Source: Vicinamibacteria bacterium (GTDB lineage Bacteria; Acidobacteriota; Vicinamibacteria; Marinacidobacterales; Marinacidobacteraceae). From it: a stretch of 64,000 bases of DNA. Positions 1 through 10,101 of the stretch are shown one piece after another. Position numbers and translations under genes: made by a program. The stretch lies in NCBI GenBank assembly GCA_963555995.3, contig OY821641.1, positions 1,120,001 to 1,184,000 on the forward strand. Reading direction: 5' to 3'. The notes beneath the pieces were generated by a model. That model did no database searches. It was not told the origin of the DNA and worked only from the letters and a program-made list of their open reading frames with translations. Position 1 is the stretch's first letter. Each line of letters starts with the position of its first letter.

Positions 1-332
1 GGGAAGCGGGCCACGAACTCGATGTCCACCATGTACCACCAGGGCTTTTCCTCGGTGGCGCGCGGGTCGTGGTACTTGGACTTCGGGTCGAACTGGGTGA
101 AATCGGGGTAGGCGAGACGGCACACCCGGGCAACGCCGGCGATGCCGGGGGGCTTGGCGTTCGAGTGGTAGAAGAGGACGCCGTCCCCGATCTCCATCTC
201 CTTCATGTAGTTCCGCGCCTTGAAGTTGCGGACGCCGTCCCAGTGGGTCCGGCCGTCGCGTTCGAGGTCGTCGAGGCTGTAGGCGTCGGGCTCGCTCTTC
301 ATGAGCCAGTAGCGGCGGGGGCGGTCGGTCAC
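1..332 (-). CDS. EVE domain protein (3' end outside window)
   Basis: Manual translation from GTG at 332: MTDRPRRYWLMKSEPDAYSLDDL...WDGVRNFKARNYMKEM..GDGVLFYHS..PPGIAG..WYMVDIEF, the typical EVE/PUA-like motifs. Not in the ORF track. Confidence 0.9.
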   Translation of the reverse strand, partial: MTDRPRRYWLMKSEPDAYSLDDLERDGRTHWDGVRNFKARNYMKEMEIGDGVLFYHSNAKPPGIAGVARVCRLAYPDFTQFDPKSKYHDPRATEEKPWWYMVDIEFVARF

Positions 333-380
333 GGGGCGGAGGGTACCAGCGGCGGGCCGTGCGGGTGGCGGCCCCGGCCT

Positions 381-680
381 GGCTGTGAAAATGCAGTGTC
401 GGCGAACCGCGGTCCGTCGAGATGGCGCCGCCGGCCTGGAGCGCCGGCTTCAGCCGGCACCGCGAGCCGAAGGCTCGCGGATGTCGTGCCGCGGTGCGCG
501 GTGATGGACGGAGAGCCGAACGTCACCGGGCGGGTCAGGGCTCTGCCGCGCGCTGCGCTTCGCGCAGCGGGTGCCGGCTGAAGCCGGCGTTCCCAGCCGG
601 TGCGCCATCCCGGCAAGTGACGTACGCGCCGCCGCCCGCCTGCGGCGGGCTGTGCCGGCTGAAGCCGGCGTTCCAAGCCG
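381..680. repeat. REP/REPIN-like palindromic repeat cluster (family 1)
   Basis: GGAGCGCCGGCTTCAGCCGGCAC with inverted GTGCCGGCTGAAGCCGGCGTTCC copies, an internal CGCGAGCCGAAGGCTCGCG hairpin and a GCTGTGAAAATGCAGT end motif. Confidence 0.85.
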
Positions 681-706
681 TACGCGCTGTCGGTGGGAGG
701 TCGGCG

Positions 707-1597
707 TTAGAGGAGTCGGAACTCGACTTCGATCTCGGCGAGGACGTCCACGGCTTCGCCGCGGTAGCGGCCGGGCTGGAAGGTCCACTCCCGGACCGCG
801 GCGATGGCCTTGGCGTCCAGCCCGGCGTCGAGGCTGCGGATTACCCGGGCCGGCCCGACGCGGCCGCTCTTCAGGATGACGACTTCGAGGATCACGATGC
901 CCTCGATCTTGCGGGCCAGGGCGTCGTCGGTGTACTCGGGGGTGACACGCCGGCGAAGCTGGGGCGGATCCACGCCGCTGCCGATCCGGTAGGCGCCCCC
1001 GCCGAACCCGCCGCCGGTCCCTTCTCCGATGCCGTCGCCGTCTCCCTCACCGAGCCCGCCTCCGCTGCCGGTTCCCGCGCCGCTGTTGCGGCCGGGACCC
1101 CGGTAGGTCAGCAGGTCCGAGGCGTCGCGGATCAGTCCGGCGAGCGCTTCGGGATCGGGGGCGAAGGGGGCGTTGATGGCGTCCTCGAGGATCTCCTCCG
1201 CGACTTCCTCGGGGTCCTGCAGGACCAATTCCTCTGGCTCGGGGAGATTCTGGGTGGCCACGGTCTGGACCTCGAGCGGTTCCGCCTCGGTCTCGTCGCC
1301 GCCGCCGCCACCGCCGCCGCCCGGCCCCTCCTCGACGACGAAGACGAGGCCCGGAAGATCGAACCCGGACTCCTCGATCTCCTCCGCCGCGAAGACTCCG
1401 AACACGATCAGCGCCAGGATGCCGCCGTGCGCGGTCATCGCCGAGGCGAACCCGCGACGCCCGGCCGCTGCGTCGAGGTGGTCCACCGGGCGCCCGGAGA
1501 TCGGGCTGATCTCCGGCCCGGCGGGAGCCAGGACCGTCCGCAGGTTGTCCAGCGCCCGGCGGAGGATCGAGGTGTCTGGAGAGTCTGGGGCTGCCAC
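707..1597 (-). CDS. Energy transducer TonB family protein
   Basis: N-terminal TM segment (HGGILALIVFG), Gly-rich linker and TonB_C domain (PEYTDDALARKIEGIVILEVVI...GLDAKAIAAVREWTFQPG). Start uncertain. Confidence 0.85.
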   Translation of the reverse strand: MAAPDSPDTSILRRALDNLRTVLAPAGPEISPISGRPVDHLDAAAGRRGFASAMTAHGGILALIVFGVFAAEEIEESGFDLPGLVFVVEEGPGGGGGGGGDETEAEPLEVQTVATQNLPEPEELVLQDPEEVAEEILEDAINAPFAPDPEALAGLIRDASDLLTYRGPGRNSGAGTGSGGGLGEGDGDGIGEGTGGGFGGGAYRIGSGVDPPQLRRRVTPEYTDDALARKIEGIVILEVVILKSGRVGPARVIRSLDAGLDAKAIAAVREWTFQPGRYRGEAVDVLAEIEVEFRLL

Positions 1598-1867
1598 GCT
1601 GGGGACGGCGGCGCGTAAGGGCCGTACCGCATTGTAGCGACGCCGGAGGCCGGCGACCGGGCGCGTGGTACCCTCCGCGCCGCTCTCGGCGTCTCGACGC
1701 TCCCGGCGCCGCAGCCGGATGTCCGAGCGATGGGTTACCCGGCGCCGTCCGGTCGCGCGGGGAGCGCCGGCGGCGATTTTCCCGGTGGTCGACCAGACCT
1801 GCCGTCGGCCCCCGGCGCCGTCTCCGCGTCGCCCTCGAAGGCGCCGGCTCCTTCCCCTCGATTCCCC

Positions 1868-2407
1868 ATGCTCTACCCGTTCGGCGACCACGCTCCGGTC
1901 GTTCCCGAGACCGCGTTCGTCGCCCCCGGCGCCCGGGTGATCGGGGACGTGGTGCTCGGCGAGGACGCGTCGGTCTGGTTCTCCGCCGTGCTCCGCGGCG
2001 ACCTGAACTTCATCCGGGTCGGCGCCCGCTCCAACCTGCAGGACGGGGTGGTGGTGCACGTGAACGCCGGGGCCGAGTCCACCACCGTCGAGGAGGAGGT
2101 GACCGTCGGCCACCAGGCGATCCTCCACGGGTGCCGTCTCGGACGGCGCAGCCTCATCGGCATGGGATCGGTCGTGCTCGACGGCGTCTCGGTGGGCGAG
2201 GAGGCCATGGTGGCGGCGGGGGCGGTGGTGCCGCCCGGTCTGCAGGTCCCGCCGCGGGTCCTGGTGCGCGGCGTGCCGGGGCGGGTGGCCCGGCCGCTGA
2301 CCGACGCGGAGATCGCCCACCTCGCCGACTCCGCGGCGCGCTACGTCGAACTGAAGGACCAGTACCTCGACGAGCGGCGCAGGGAAGCGCCGGAGTCCGC
2401 GCGGTGA
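1868..2407 (+). CDS. Gamma-carbonic anhydrase family protein (YrdA/PaaY-like)
   Basis: LRGD, NLQDGVVVH and VGHQAILHGC motifs, hexapeptide repeats. Confidence 0.93.
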   Translation: MLYPFGDHAPVVPETAFVAPGARVIGDVVLGEDASVWFSAVLRGDLNFIRVGARSNLQDGVVVHVNAGAESTTVEEEVTVGHQAILHGCRLGRRSLIGMGSVVLDGVSVGEEAMVAAGAVVPPGLQVPPRVLVRGVPGRVARPLTDAEIAHLADSAARYVELKDQYLDERRREAPESAR

Positions 2408-4188
2408 GCGTTCCGACCCGCCCCACCCACCACTGCGCGGCGCTCGATCTCGAGCACGCGGGCCGCGGCGTCGTGCTCATGGGCTGGGTGGAGCGCATCC
2501 GCGACCTGGGAGGGCTGCTTTTCCTCGACCTCCGCGACTACCGGGGGGTGACCCAGATCGTGGTCCGCCCCGGGTCGGGACCGGCAGCGGCGGCGAAGCG
2601 CCTGGGGGCCTGGTGGGTCGTCGCCGTCGAGGGGGTGGTGCTCGCCCGGGAAGCCGAGACCGTCAACCCCAACATCCACACCGGCAGGATCGAGGTCGAG
2701 GCGGAGCGCATCCACGTCCTCAGCGAAGCCCGGACGCCTCCCTTCCCGCCGACGGACTCCGAGGGCGTGGCGGAGGACCTGCGCCTCCGCTACCGCTACC
2801 TGGACCTCCGGAACCCCCGGCTGCAACGGAACCTGCGGATCCGCGGCCGGCTGGCCGCCGAGATCCGCGGCCATCTGGATGACCACGGGTTCCTCGAGGT
2901 CGAAACGCCGTTCCTGACCCGGTCCACCCCGGAGGGCGCGCGGGACTACCTGGTGCCGTCCCGGGTCCACCGCGGCCGCTTCTACGCCCTCCCGCAGTCG
3001 CCGCAGCTCTTCAAGCAGTTGCTCATGATCGGCGGGATGGACCGCTACTACCAGATCGTCCGCTGCTTCCGCGACGAGGACCTGCGGGCGGACCGGCAGC
3101 CGGAGTTCACCCAGGTGGACGTGGAGATGTCCTTCGCCGACCCGGACCAGGTCATCGAGATCACCGAGGGGCTCTTCCGGCGGGCGCTGGGAGCGGTGGG
3201 TATCGAGGTCAGGCCGCCCTTCCCGCGTCTCACCTATCGGCAGGCGATGGACCGCTACGGGGTGGACCGTCCCGACCTCCGCTACGGCGCGGAGATCCGC
3301 GACCTCACCGAGCTGGCGCGGGGAACCGGGCACCCGTTGCTGGACCGGGTGCTCGAAGCCGCCGGTTCGGTCCGCGGGATCGCGGCGCCCGGGTGCGCGG
3401 GCTTTTCCCGGAAGCGCCTCGACGGGCTGCAGGCGGCGGCGGTCGAGGCCGGCGCCGGCGGCCTCCTGTGGGCGGCCTTCCGGGACGGCGAGGTCCGCTC
3501 GCCGCTGCTGAAGACGCTCGGCGCCGACCGCCTGCGGGCGCTCGTGGAGGCGGCGGGCGGAGGGCCCGCGGACCTGCTGCTGATGGTCGCCGGCGAGGCG
3601 AAGACCGCGTGCGAGGCCCTCGGCGCGCTCCGCCGGCAACTCGCGGCGAGCGAGGGCTGGACCTCCCCCGAGCAGTTCGCCATGGCCTGGGTCACCGAGT
3701 TCCCGCTCTTCGACCATTCGGAGGCCGAGGGGCGGCTCACGTCGGTCCACCACCCCTTCACGAGCCCGCATCCCGAGGACGTGGACCGGCTCGCCACCGA
3801 TCCGCTCGGCGTCCGCTCGCTCGCCTACGACGTGATCGCGAACGGCCACGAGCTCGGCGGGGGCAGCATCCGGATCCACGACCGCGCCATGCAGCAGCGG
3901 GTCTTCGAGGCGCTCCGGATCCCGCCGGCCGAGGCCGCGGAACGCTTCGGGTTCTTTCTGGAGGCGCTGGAGTACGGGACCCCGCCGCACGGGGGCATCG
4001 CGCTCGGTTTCGACCGGATCGCCATGCTGGCCTCGGGCAGCGCCAGCCTGCGGGACGTGATCGCGTTTCCGAAGACCACCTCGGCCACCGACCTGATGAC
4101 CGGCTCGCCGGCGGGGGTGGATGCGTCGCAGCTTGACGAGGTGGGGGTGGCGCTGGCGAAAGCGCGCGACCGGGGTCAAGACGACTGA
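2404..4188 (+). CDS. aspS: Aspartate--tRNA ligase
   Basis: RDLGGLLFLDLRD, YRYLDLR, TPEGARDYLVPSR, FRDEDLRADRQPEFTQ, PPHGGIALGFDR motifs; GTG start overlaps the upstream stop. Confidence 0.98.
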   Translation: MSVPTRPTHHCAALDLEHAGRGVVLMGWVERIRDLGGLLFLDLRDYRGVTQIVVRPGSGPAAAAKRLGAWWVVAVEGVVLAREAETVNPNIHTGRIEVEAERIHVLSEARTPPFPPTDSEGVAEDLRLRYRYLDLRNPRLQRNLRIRGRLAAEIRGHLDDHGFLEVETPFLTRSTPEGARDYLVPSRVHRGRFYALPQSPQLFKQLLMIGGMDRYYQIVRCFRDEDLRADRQPEFTQVDVEMSFADPDQVIEITEGLFRRALGAVGIEVRPPFPRLTYRQAMDRYGVDRPDLRYGAEIRDLTELARGTGHPLLDRVLEAAGSVRGIAAPGCAGFSRKRLDGLQAAAVEAGAGGLLWAAFRDGEVRSPLLKTLGADRLRALVEAAGGGPADLLLMVAGEAKTACEALGALRRQLAASEGWTSPEQFAMAWVTEFPLFDHSEAEGRLTSVHHPFTSPHPEDVDRLATDPLGVRSLAYDVIANGHELGGGSIRIHDRAMQQRVFEALRIPPAEAAERFGFFLEALEYGTPPHGGIALGFDRIAMLASGSASLRDVIAFPKTTSATDLMTGSPAGVDASQLDEVGVALAKARDRGQDD

Positions 4189-4196
4189 AGACGCCG

Positions 4197-4365
4197 CCGG
4201 CTTGGAGCGCCGGCTTCAGCCGGCACCCGCTGCGCGGAGCGCAGCGGACTGCACGACGCTGCTCCGCGCGATGACGCTTGGTTCGCGGTCCATCACCGCG
4301 CATAACGGCACGACATCCGCGGGCCTTTGGCCCGCGGTGCCGGCTGAAGCCGGCGTTCCAAGCCG
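4197..4365. repeat. REPIN-like element (family 1)
   Basis: Inverted pair GGAGCGCCGGCTTCAGCCGGCAC ... GTGCCGGCTGAAGCCGGCGTTCC, ~170 bp. Confidence 0.85.
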
Positions 4366-4401
4366 TGGGCGCCACTCGGCGCGGTCCGGAGCGCCCCTCA
4401 C

Positions 4402-4430
4402 TTGATCCGGCCGACCCCCGGTGTTAGCGT
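4402..4430 (+). promoter_or_regulatory. Putative sigma70 promoter of the phoH operon
   Basis: TTGATC-N17-TAGCGT with TGn extended -10. Confidence 0.4.
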
Positions 4431-4625
4431 GAGTGCGTCCATGAAGCGCGTGGCGGACCACGTTTCCCGCCCCGGCCTTCGCCCTGTTCCGTGCTGAGTA
4501 GACCGAGGGGTCCGCTCGCAGCCGGATCGCTCTCCGAGAATTCCGCCGGCTCGCCGGATGCCTCGCTCCGAGAGGCCGAAGCGGATGGCGGAACCCTCGC
4601 CCCCGTTCCCGCCGGAACGCCGTCC

Positions 4626-5633
4626 ATGACCCGAATTCCCATCCCCGGCGAAGGGGGACTCGCCTTCTTCGGCATCCGGGACCGCAACCTCCGCTCGCTC
4701 GAACACGACCTCGGTCTCACGCTCGCGAGCCGGGGGGACATCCTGCTCGCGGACGGGCCGGAGGACCGGATCGCCCTGCTCGGGACCGCGCTCGAGGGAC
4801 TCGCCGCGCTGCGCCGCGACCTCGGCCAGCGCTACCGGATCTCCGACCTGCGGGCGGCCATCCGCATCCTGGGCCAGGATCCGGGCGCTTCGCTCCGCGA
4901 GTACTTCGTGGAGACGGTCGTCACGCCCGCGCCCGGGAAACTGGTGCGGCCGCGGAGCCTTCGCCAACTGGAATACGTCCGGGCGCTCCGCGCCAAGGAA
5001 CTGGTGCTCGGCGTCGGCCCGGCCGGGACCGGCAAGACGTGGCTCGCGATGGCGGTGGCGGTGGAGGCGCTCCGGAACCAGCAGGTCCGGCGCATCGTGC
5101 TCACCCGGCCCGCCGTGGAGGCCGGCGAGAAGCTCGGCTTCCTCCCCGGAGACCTCATAGACAAGGTGGACCCCTACCTGCGTCCCCTCTACGACGCCCT
5201 CCACGACATGATGGACGCCGAGAAAGCCCAGCGGCTCCGGGAGCGCGGGGTGATCGAGATCGCGCCGATCGCCTTCATGCGGGGCCGGACGCTCAACGAC
5301 GCCTTCATCATCCTGGACGAGGCGCAGAACACGACCTCGGAACAGATGAAGATGTTCCTGACCCGCATGGGGAACGGGACGCGCGCCGTGGTCACCGGGG
5401 ACATCACCCAGAACGACCTGCCGCCGGGCCGGGTCAGCGGACTCGTCGAGTCCCTCGGCGTGATCGGGAACCTCGAGGGAGTGGGCCTCGTCCGGCTCGA
5501 GGACAGCGACGTGGTGCGCCACCGGCTCGTCCAGGCGATCGTCCGCGCCTACGCGAAGAGCGAGCAGGCCCGGAAGCGGTCCCGCCGCGGCGAGGAGTTC
5601 GAAGCGGCGGCGGTCTTCGCGGAGCCGCGCTAG
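4626..5633 (+). CDS. phoH: PhoH-like protein (YbeZ)
   Basis: GPAGTGKT, RPAVEAGEKLGFLPGD, FMRGRTLN, DEAQN motifs. Start uncertain (ORF open from 4491). Confidence 0.95.
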   Translation: MTRIPIPGEGGLAFFGIRDRNLRSLEHDLGLTLASRGDILLADGPEDRIALLGTALEGLAALRRDLGQRYRISDLRAAIRILGQDPGASLREYFVETVVTPAPGKLVRPRSLRQLEYVRALRAKELVLGVGPAGTGKTWLAMAVAVEALRNQQVRRIVLTRPAVEAGEKLGFLPGDLIDKVDPYLRPLYDALHDMMDAEKAQRLRERGVIEIAPIAFMRGRTLNDAFIILDEAQNTTSEQMKMFLTRMGNGTRAVVTGDITQNDLPPGRVSGLVESLGVIGNLEGVGLVRLEDSDVVRHRLVQAIVRAYAKSEQARKRSRRGEEFEAAAVFAEPR

Positions 5634-5646
5634 CCGTGACCGGGAA

Positions 5647-7968
5647 ATGAACGGACGCCTGGCGGACTTCTCGCTGCGCGCGTTCCTGCTCCGGCAGCGG
5701 GACCGGCTGTTCGCCCGCACCCGCGTGATGACCGCTCTGCTCGCGGCGGCCCTCGCGTTTCTCGTCTGGCCCGGACTCGGGCTCCGGACCCCGCTCTACG
5801 AAGTCGGCGAGATCGCCCCCCGGACGGTCCGCGCGACCGAGGACTTCACCTACGAGGACGCCGCCACCACCGAAGCGCGCCGGCGCGAGGCGGTCGAGCA
5901 GGTGCCGGAGGTCTACGACTTCGATTCCCAGGCGCGGGACGAGGTCCGCGCCCGGATCGCCCGCGGGTTCGATTTCGGCCGGGCGGCGGTCGAGTCCGAC
6001 ATCGTGGGGGAACCCGATTTCGCCGAGACCTTCGCCGGCATGCTCGGCATCGAGGTGACCGCGGCGCAGCTCGGGCTGCTGGTGGAATCGGAGTTCGCCG
6101 AGGAGATCGAGCAGAACCTGGCGGACACCGTGGCCAGCGTGCTGGCGCGCGACATCCTGGCGGAGAAGGGCGCCGTCGCCGCGCTCGGCCGCTCGGTACT
6201 GCGCCGCGATCCGCGGACGGGAGAAACGGTGCCGCTGGCGGACTTCACCAACGTGCTGTCGGTGGGCGAAGCCGAGCGGGCCGCCGAGCAGCAGATCCTC
6301 GCGCTCTCCGAGCTGAACCGGACGCGGCGGCGGACGCTCGCCGGACTGGCGGCGCGCTTCATGCGCCCCACGCTGGAGGCGAACACCGTGGAGACCACCC
6401 ATCTCCGCACCGAAGCGGAGTTGTCGGTGGATCCGGTCGTCATCCAGGTGCGGCGGGGCCGCACGCTGGTGCGCGCCGGCGACGTGGTGACGGAGCTCGC
6501 CCGCCGCCAGTTGGAGCGGATGCGCACTCCCCGGGTGGGAGCCTCCGGCTGGGCCGGGCTCGGCGCTCTCGGGTTCGCCGCGGCGATCGCGGTGCTGCTC
6601 GGGGTGCTGCTGGTCCCGGCCCGCCGGGACGAGAACTGGGGGCGGCAGGCCTTCGCCATGTGCGGCCTCCTCGTCGTTCTCGGCCTCACCCTGACCCGGG
6701 TCCTCGGGTTCGTGGGGCGCGGCGCCGCCGCCCAGTTCGTGAGCGAGCCCTTCTCCGATCCCACGGTCTACCTGTGGGGGGTTCCCTTCGCGGCGTTCGC
6801 GCTGCTGGTCGTGATGCTCGAGACGCAGCAGTCGGCGGTGGTCACCCAGGGACTCTTCGCCGCGACGCTCGCCCTGATGACCGGGAACCTGAAGCTGGCG
6901 CTCTTCGCCCTGCTGACCGGGTTCGGCGCCATCTTCATCTACCGGATCGCCGAGCGCCGCTCGCAACTGCTGCGGGTCGGGACCTTCGTCGGCCTGCTGG
7001 GCGCCTCCCTGGTGGTGGCGATGGAACTCGTGACCGGAGACTTCGGGGGGGTGAGCCGGCTGGCGCTCGAAGCGGTCAGCGCGTTCGCCGGCGGCCTGCT
7101 GGCGGGGCCGCTCGTGATCCTGCTCCTTCCCGTGCTGGAATGGGTCTTCGAGCGCACCAGCGACATGCGGCTCATGGAGCTCTCGCAGCGCGACAACCCG
7201 GTGCTCCGCCAACTGGCGCTCACCGCCCCGGGCACCTACCAGCACAGCGTCACCGTGGGGATGCTCTCCGAGTCCGCCGCCGACGCCATCGGGGCGAACC
7301 CCACCTTCTGCGCCACCGCGGCGCTCTACCACGACATCGGCAAGCTGAGCCGCGCCGGCTACTTCGTCGAGAACATGCGGGGCGAGACGCCCCACGACCT
7401 GCTCCCCCCGGAAAAGAGCGCGGACATCATCCGGCGGCACGTGACGGAGGGCATCGAGGCGGCCGAACGGATGAACCTCCCGAAGGACATCGTGGACGTG
7501 ATCCCGCAGCACCACGGGACCCGCATCATCCGGGTCTTCTACGAGAAAGCGAAGGCGGCCGCCGCCCGGAACGGTTCCGAGGCCGACGAGAGCCTCTTCC
7601 GCTATGCCGGACCGCGCCCGCAGACCCGCGAGGCGGGCATCATCATGATGGCCGACAGCATCGAGGCCGCCGCCCGCAGCCTGAAGAACCCCACCCCCGC
7701 CGAGTTCGAACAGGTGATTGACCGCATCATGGGCGCCATCGTGGACGACGACCAACTGGCCGAATGCGACCTGACCCTGAGCGACATGGCCCGGATCCGG
7801 GAGAGCTTCCTTTCCACGCTACAGGGCATCCACCACGAGCGGCTGCCCTACCCGGGGTTCGACTTCGGAAGACGGGCGCGGGCGGCGGCCGCTCCGGTCC
7901 TCCCGGTGGGGCCCTCCCGACCGGAATCGGGCGGCGGCCGATCCACGCCGGAACGATCGCCGTTGTGA
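5647..7968 (+). CDS. 7TM-HD phosphohydrolase (PgpH/YqfF-like, putative c-di-AMP phosphodiesterase)
   Basis: Extracytoplasmic 7TMR-HDED region, multi-TM region, APGTYQHS, YHDIGK, QHHGT, MADSIEAA; conserved phoH-ybeY context. Confidence 0.9.
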   Translation: MNGRLADFSLRAFLLRQRDRLFARTRVMTALLAAALAFLVWPGLGLRTPLYEVGEIAPRTVRATEDFTYEDAATTEARRREAVEQVPEVYDFDSQARDEVRARIARGFDFGRAAVESDIVGEPDFAETFAGMLGIEVTAAQLGLLVESEFAEEIEQNLADTVASVLARDILAEKGAVAALGRSVLRRDPRTGETVPLADFTNVLSVGEAERAAEQQILALSELNRTRRRTLAGLAARFMRPTLEANTVETTHLRTEAELSVDPVVIQVRRGRTLVRAGDVVTELARRQLERMRTPRVGASGWAGLGALGFAAAIAVLLGVLLVPARRDENWGRQAFAMCGLLVVLGLTLTRVLGFVGRGAAAQFVSEPFSDPTVYLWGVPFAAFALLVVMLETQQSAVVTQGLFAATLALMTGNLKLALFALLTGFGAIFIYRIAERRSQLLRVGTFVGLLGASLVVAMELVTGDFGGVSRLALEAVSAFAGGLLAGPLVILLLPVLEWVFERTSDMRLMELSQRDNPVLRQLALTAPGTYQHSVTVGMLSESAADAIGANPTFCATAALYHDIGKLSRAGYFVENMRGETPHDLLPPEKSADIIRRHVTEGIEAAERMNLPKDIVDVIPQHHGTRIIRVFYEKAKAAAARNGSEADESLFRYAGPRPQTREAGIIMMADSIEAAARSLKNPTPAEFEQVIDRIMGAIVDDDQLAECDLTLSDMARIRESFLSTLQGIHHERLPYPGFDFGRRARAAAAPVLPVGPSRPESGGGRSTPERSPL

Positions 7969-8468
7969 TGCCCCGTCCGGAGTCGGGGGATCCTCCCCGA
8001 GAACCGGAGCCGTCCGGCTCCCGGTTCACCGTCCAGAACCGCCAGCGCCGTTTCGCGGTGGACTCTCCGGCGCTGGCCGCCTTCCTCGAACGGGTCGCGG
8101 CGGACGTGGCGCCGGGGGACCGCCGCGCGGCCACCCTGCGGATCGTTTCGGACCGGAACATCCGGGCACTGAACCGGCGTTACCGCGACCGGGACCGCGC
8201 GACGGACGTGCTCGCCTTTCCCGCCGATCCCGTGCCCGCGGGATTGCTTGCCGAGGAAGAGGCCGCCTACCTGGGGGACCTGGTGGTCTCCGCCGAGACC
8301 GCCGCGCGGCAGGCGCGCGAGGCGGGCGTCGAGCTCGGTGAGGAAATCCGGGTGCTGGCGGTGCACGGCTACCTGCACCTCCTCGGCTACGACCACGAAC
8401 GGGACCGCGGCGAGATGGTGAGGCTCGAGCGCGTCCTGCGGTTGCGGCACGGGCTGCTCCGGAACTGA
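7968..8468 (+). CDS. ybeY: rRNA maturation endoribonuclease YbeY
   Basis: LNRRYRDRDRATDVLAF, LGDLVVS, HGYLHLLGYDH. Confidence 0.96.
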   Translation: MPRPESGDPPREPEPSGSRFTVQNRQRRFAVDSPALAAFLERVAADVAPGDRRAATLRIVSDRNIRALNRRYRDRDRATDVLAFPADPVPAGLLAEEEAAYLGDLVVSAETAARQAREAGVELGEEIRVLAVHGYLHLLGYDHERDRGEMVRLERVLRLRHGLLRN

Positions 8469-8470
8469 TC

Positions 8471-9694
8471 GTGTTCCTCTGGACCCTCCTTCTCCTGGTC
8501 GCCGGGCTCCTCGTCGTCCTGTTCGCGCTCTTTGAGATCGCCTTCTTCGCCTCGAGCCCGATCGCGGTGCGGGCGCTCGGCGAGAGCGTCGAGGAGGCGC
8601 GCACCCTCCGCGAGCGCCTCGCGGACCCGCTGGTGGTCCTCATTCCGGCCCGCTCCGGGCTCCTGGCCGCCGGGGCGCTCTTCGGCTTCGCGCTCGACCG
8701 GCTGGGGTTCGGGGCGACCGGCCTGCTGTGGACCTTCGGCGTGTTCGTCCCGGCGTGGTTCGTCCTCCGGGAACTGGTTCCGGCCGCCATCCTCCTGCGC
8801 GATCCCGAAGAGGTGCTGCGGCCGCTCCTTCCCTGGTTCGGCCGTTGGGAACGGCTCGTACGGCCGCTCGGCGAACCGCTGCGCAACCTCCTCCGGCGCG
8901 CGTTCCCGCTCCCTTCGGAGCCGGACGACGAGGCCTCCGACGAGGAGGTCGAGGCGTTCCTCGAGACGGGCGAGGAGGAGGGGATCCTCGAGGAGGAAGA
9001 GGCCGCAATGGTGCGCGGGGTGCTCGAACTCGACGAGATGCTGGTCCGCGAGGTGATGACGCCGCGGCCGAGCGTCGTGTCGGTCTCCGGCGAGGCGTCC
9101 CGGCGCGAGGTCGAGCGGCTGGTGGCCGAGAGCCGGCACCACCGGATCCCGGTGTTCGGCGCCGCCGACGAGGTGGTCGGGGTGGTGGACGCCGTGGACC
9201 TCGTCGCGGTGCCCGGCGACGGGGAAGAACTCGCCCCGCTGCTCCGGGAGGTGCCCGTGGTCCCGGAGACCAAGCGCGTGGACGACCTGCTGCGGGAGTT
9301 CAAGCTCACCAAGCAGACGTTCGCGGTGGTGGTGGACGAACACGCGAGCGTCTCCGGAATCGTCACGCTCCGCGACATCTCGGAAGAGATCGTGGGCGAG
9401 GTCCACGAGGAGGGCGAGCCGTTCGAGGAGGACCTGGCGCGCGAGGCGGACGGCGTCTTCCGGGTGCGCGGCGGGGCGGAACTCGACGAGGTGGCGCGGC
9501 TCACCGGGCTGACGCTCCCCGATTCGCTGAACGGCGCCGCCTTCGACACGGTCTCCGGCTTCGCGCTCGCGGCCTTCCGGAGGATCCCGGCGCCCGGCGA
9601 AGCGATGGAACAGGACGGCCTCCGCATCGAGATCCTCGAGGCCGACGAACGGCGCATCCACCGGGTCCGCCTGTCGCGGGTTGGGGCAGGCTAA
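8471..9694 (+). CDS. HlyC/CorC (CNNM) family CBS-domain membrane protein
   Basis: N-terminal TM domain, VREVMTPR, CBS pair (HHRIPV, VVVDEH), C-terminal CorC_HlyC domain. Confidence 0.9.
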   Translation: MFLWTLLLLVAGLLVVLFALFEIAFFASSPIAVRALGESVEEARTLRERLADPLVVLIPARSGLLAAGALFGFALDRLGFGATGLLWTFGVFVPAWFVLRELVPAAILLRDPEEVLRPLLPWFGRWERLVRPLGEPLRNLLRRAFPLPSEPDDEASDEEVEAFLETGEEEGILEEEEAAMVRGVLELDEMLVREVMTPRPSVVSVSGEASRREVERLVAESRHHRIPVFGAADEVVGVVDAVDLVAVPGDGEELAPLLREVPVVPETKRVDDLLREFKLTKQTFAVVVDEHASVSGIVTLRDISEEIVGEVHEEGEPFEEDLAREADGVFRVRGGAELDEVARLTGLTLPDSLNGAAFDTVSGFALAAFRRIPAPGEAMEQDGLRIEILEADERRIHRVRLSRVGAG

Positions 9695-9718
9695 GCCGGT
9701 GATGGAACCCGCGCAGCT

Positions 9719-10046
9719 CTCGGAGCGCCGGCCTCCGGCCGGCATCGCGCGGGCGCGCGAAACGGGCATGATCGGGTCCTTCCGCACACCCCGCCGGTCA
9801 TGAAAACGGCGGAGACGGCGGGGAGCGCCGGTCTTCAGACCGGCACCGCGGGCCGAAGGCCCGCGGGTGTAGTGTGGCAGTTCGCGGTGATGACGGAGAA
9901 CATAGCGCCACCCCGCAGGTCAGCGTCGTGCCGTGCGCTGCGCTCTGGCGCAGCGCGTGCCGGTCTGAAGACCGGCGCTCCCGACCGGCGGCGCAACGTG
10001 CGCTTGTTGAGGTTTCGCCGAAACCCCATTTTCACAGTAACTGGGT
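9719..10046. repeat. Composite REP cluster (family 1)
   Basis: GGAGCGCCGGCCTCCGGCCGGCATC plus the GGAGCGCCGGTCTTCAGACCGGCAC / GTGCCGGTCTGAAGACCGGCGCTCC pair; ends CATTTTCACAG. Confidence 0.85.
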
Positions 10047-10101
10047 CAGCCGGGCGTCCCACCGGGCTCGACGCTCACCCGGGTTCCACGAGCGGCTGTT
10101 A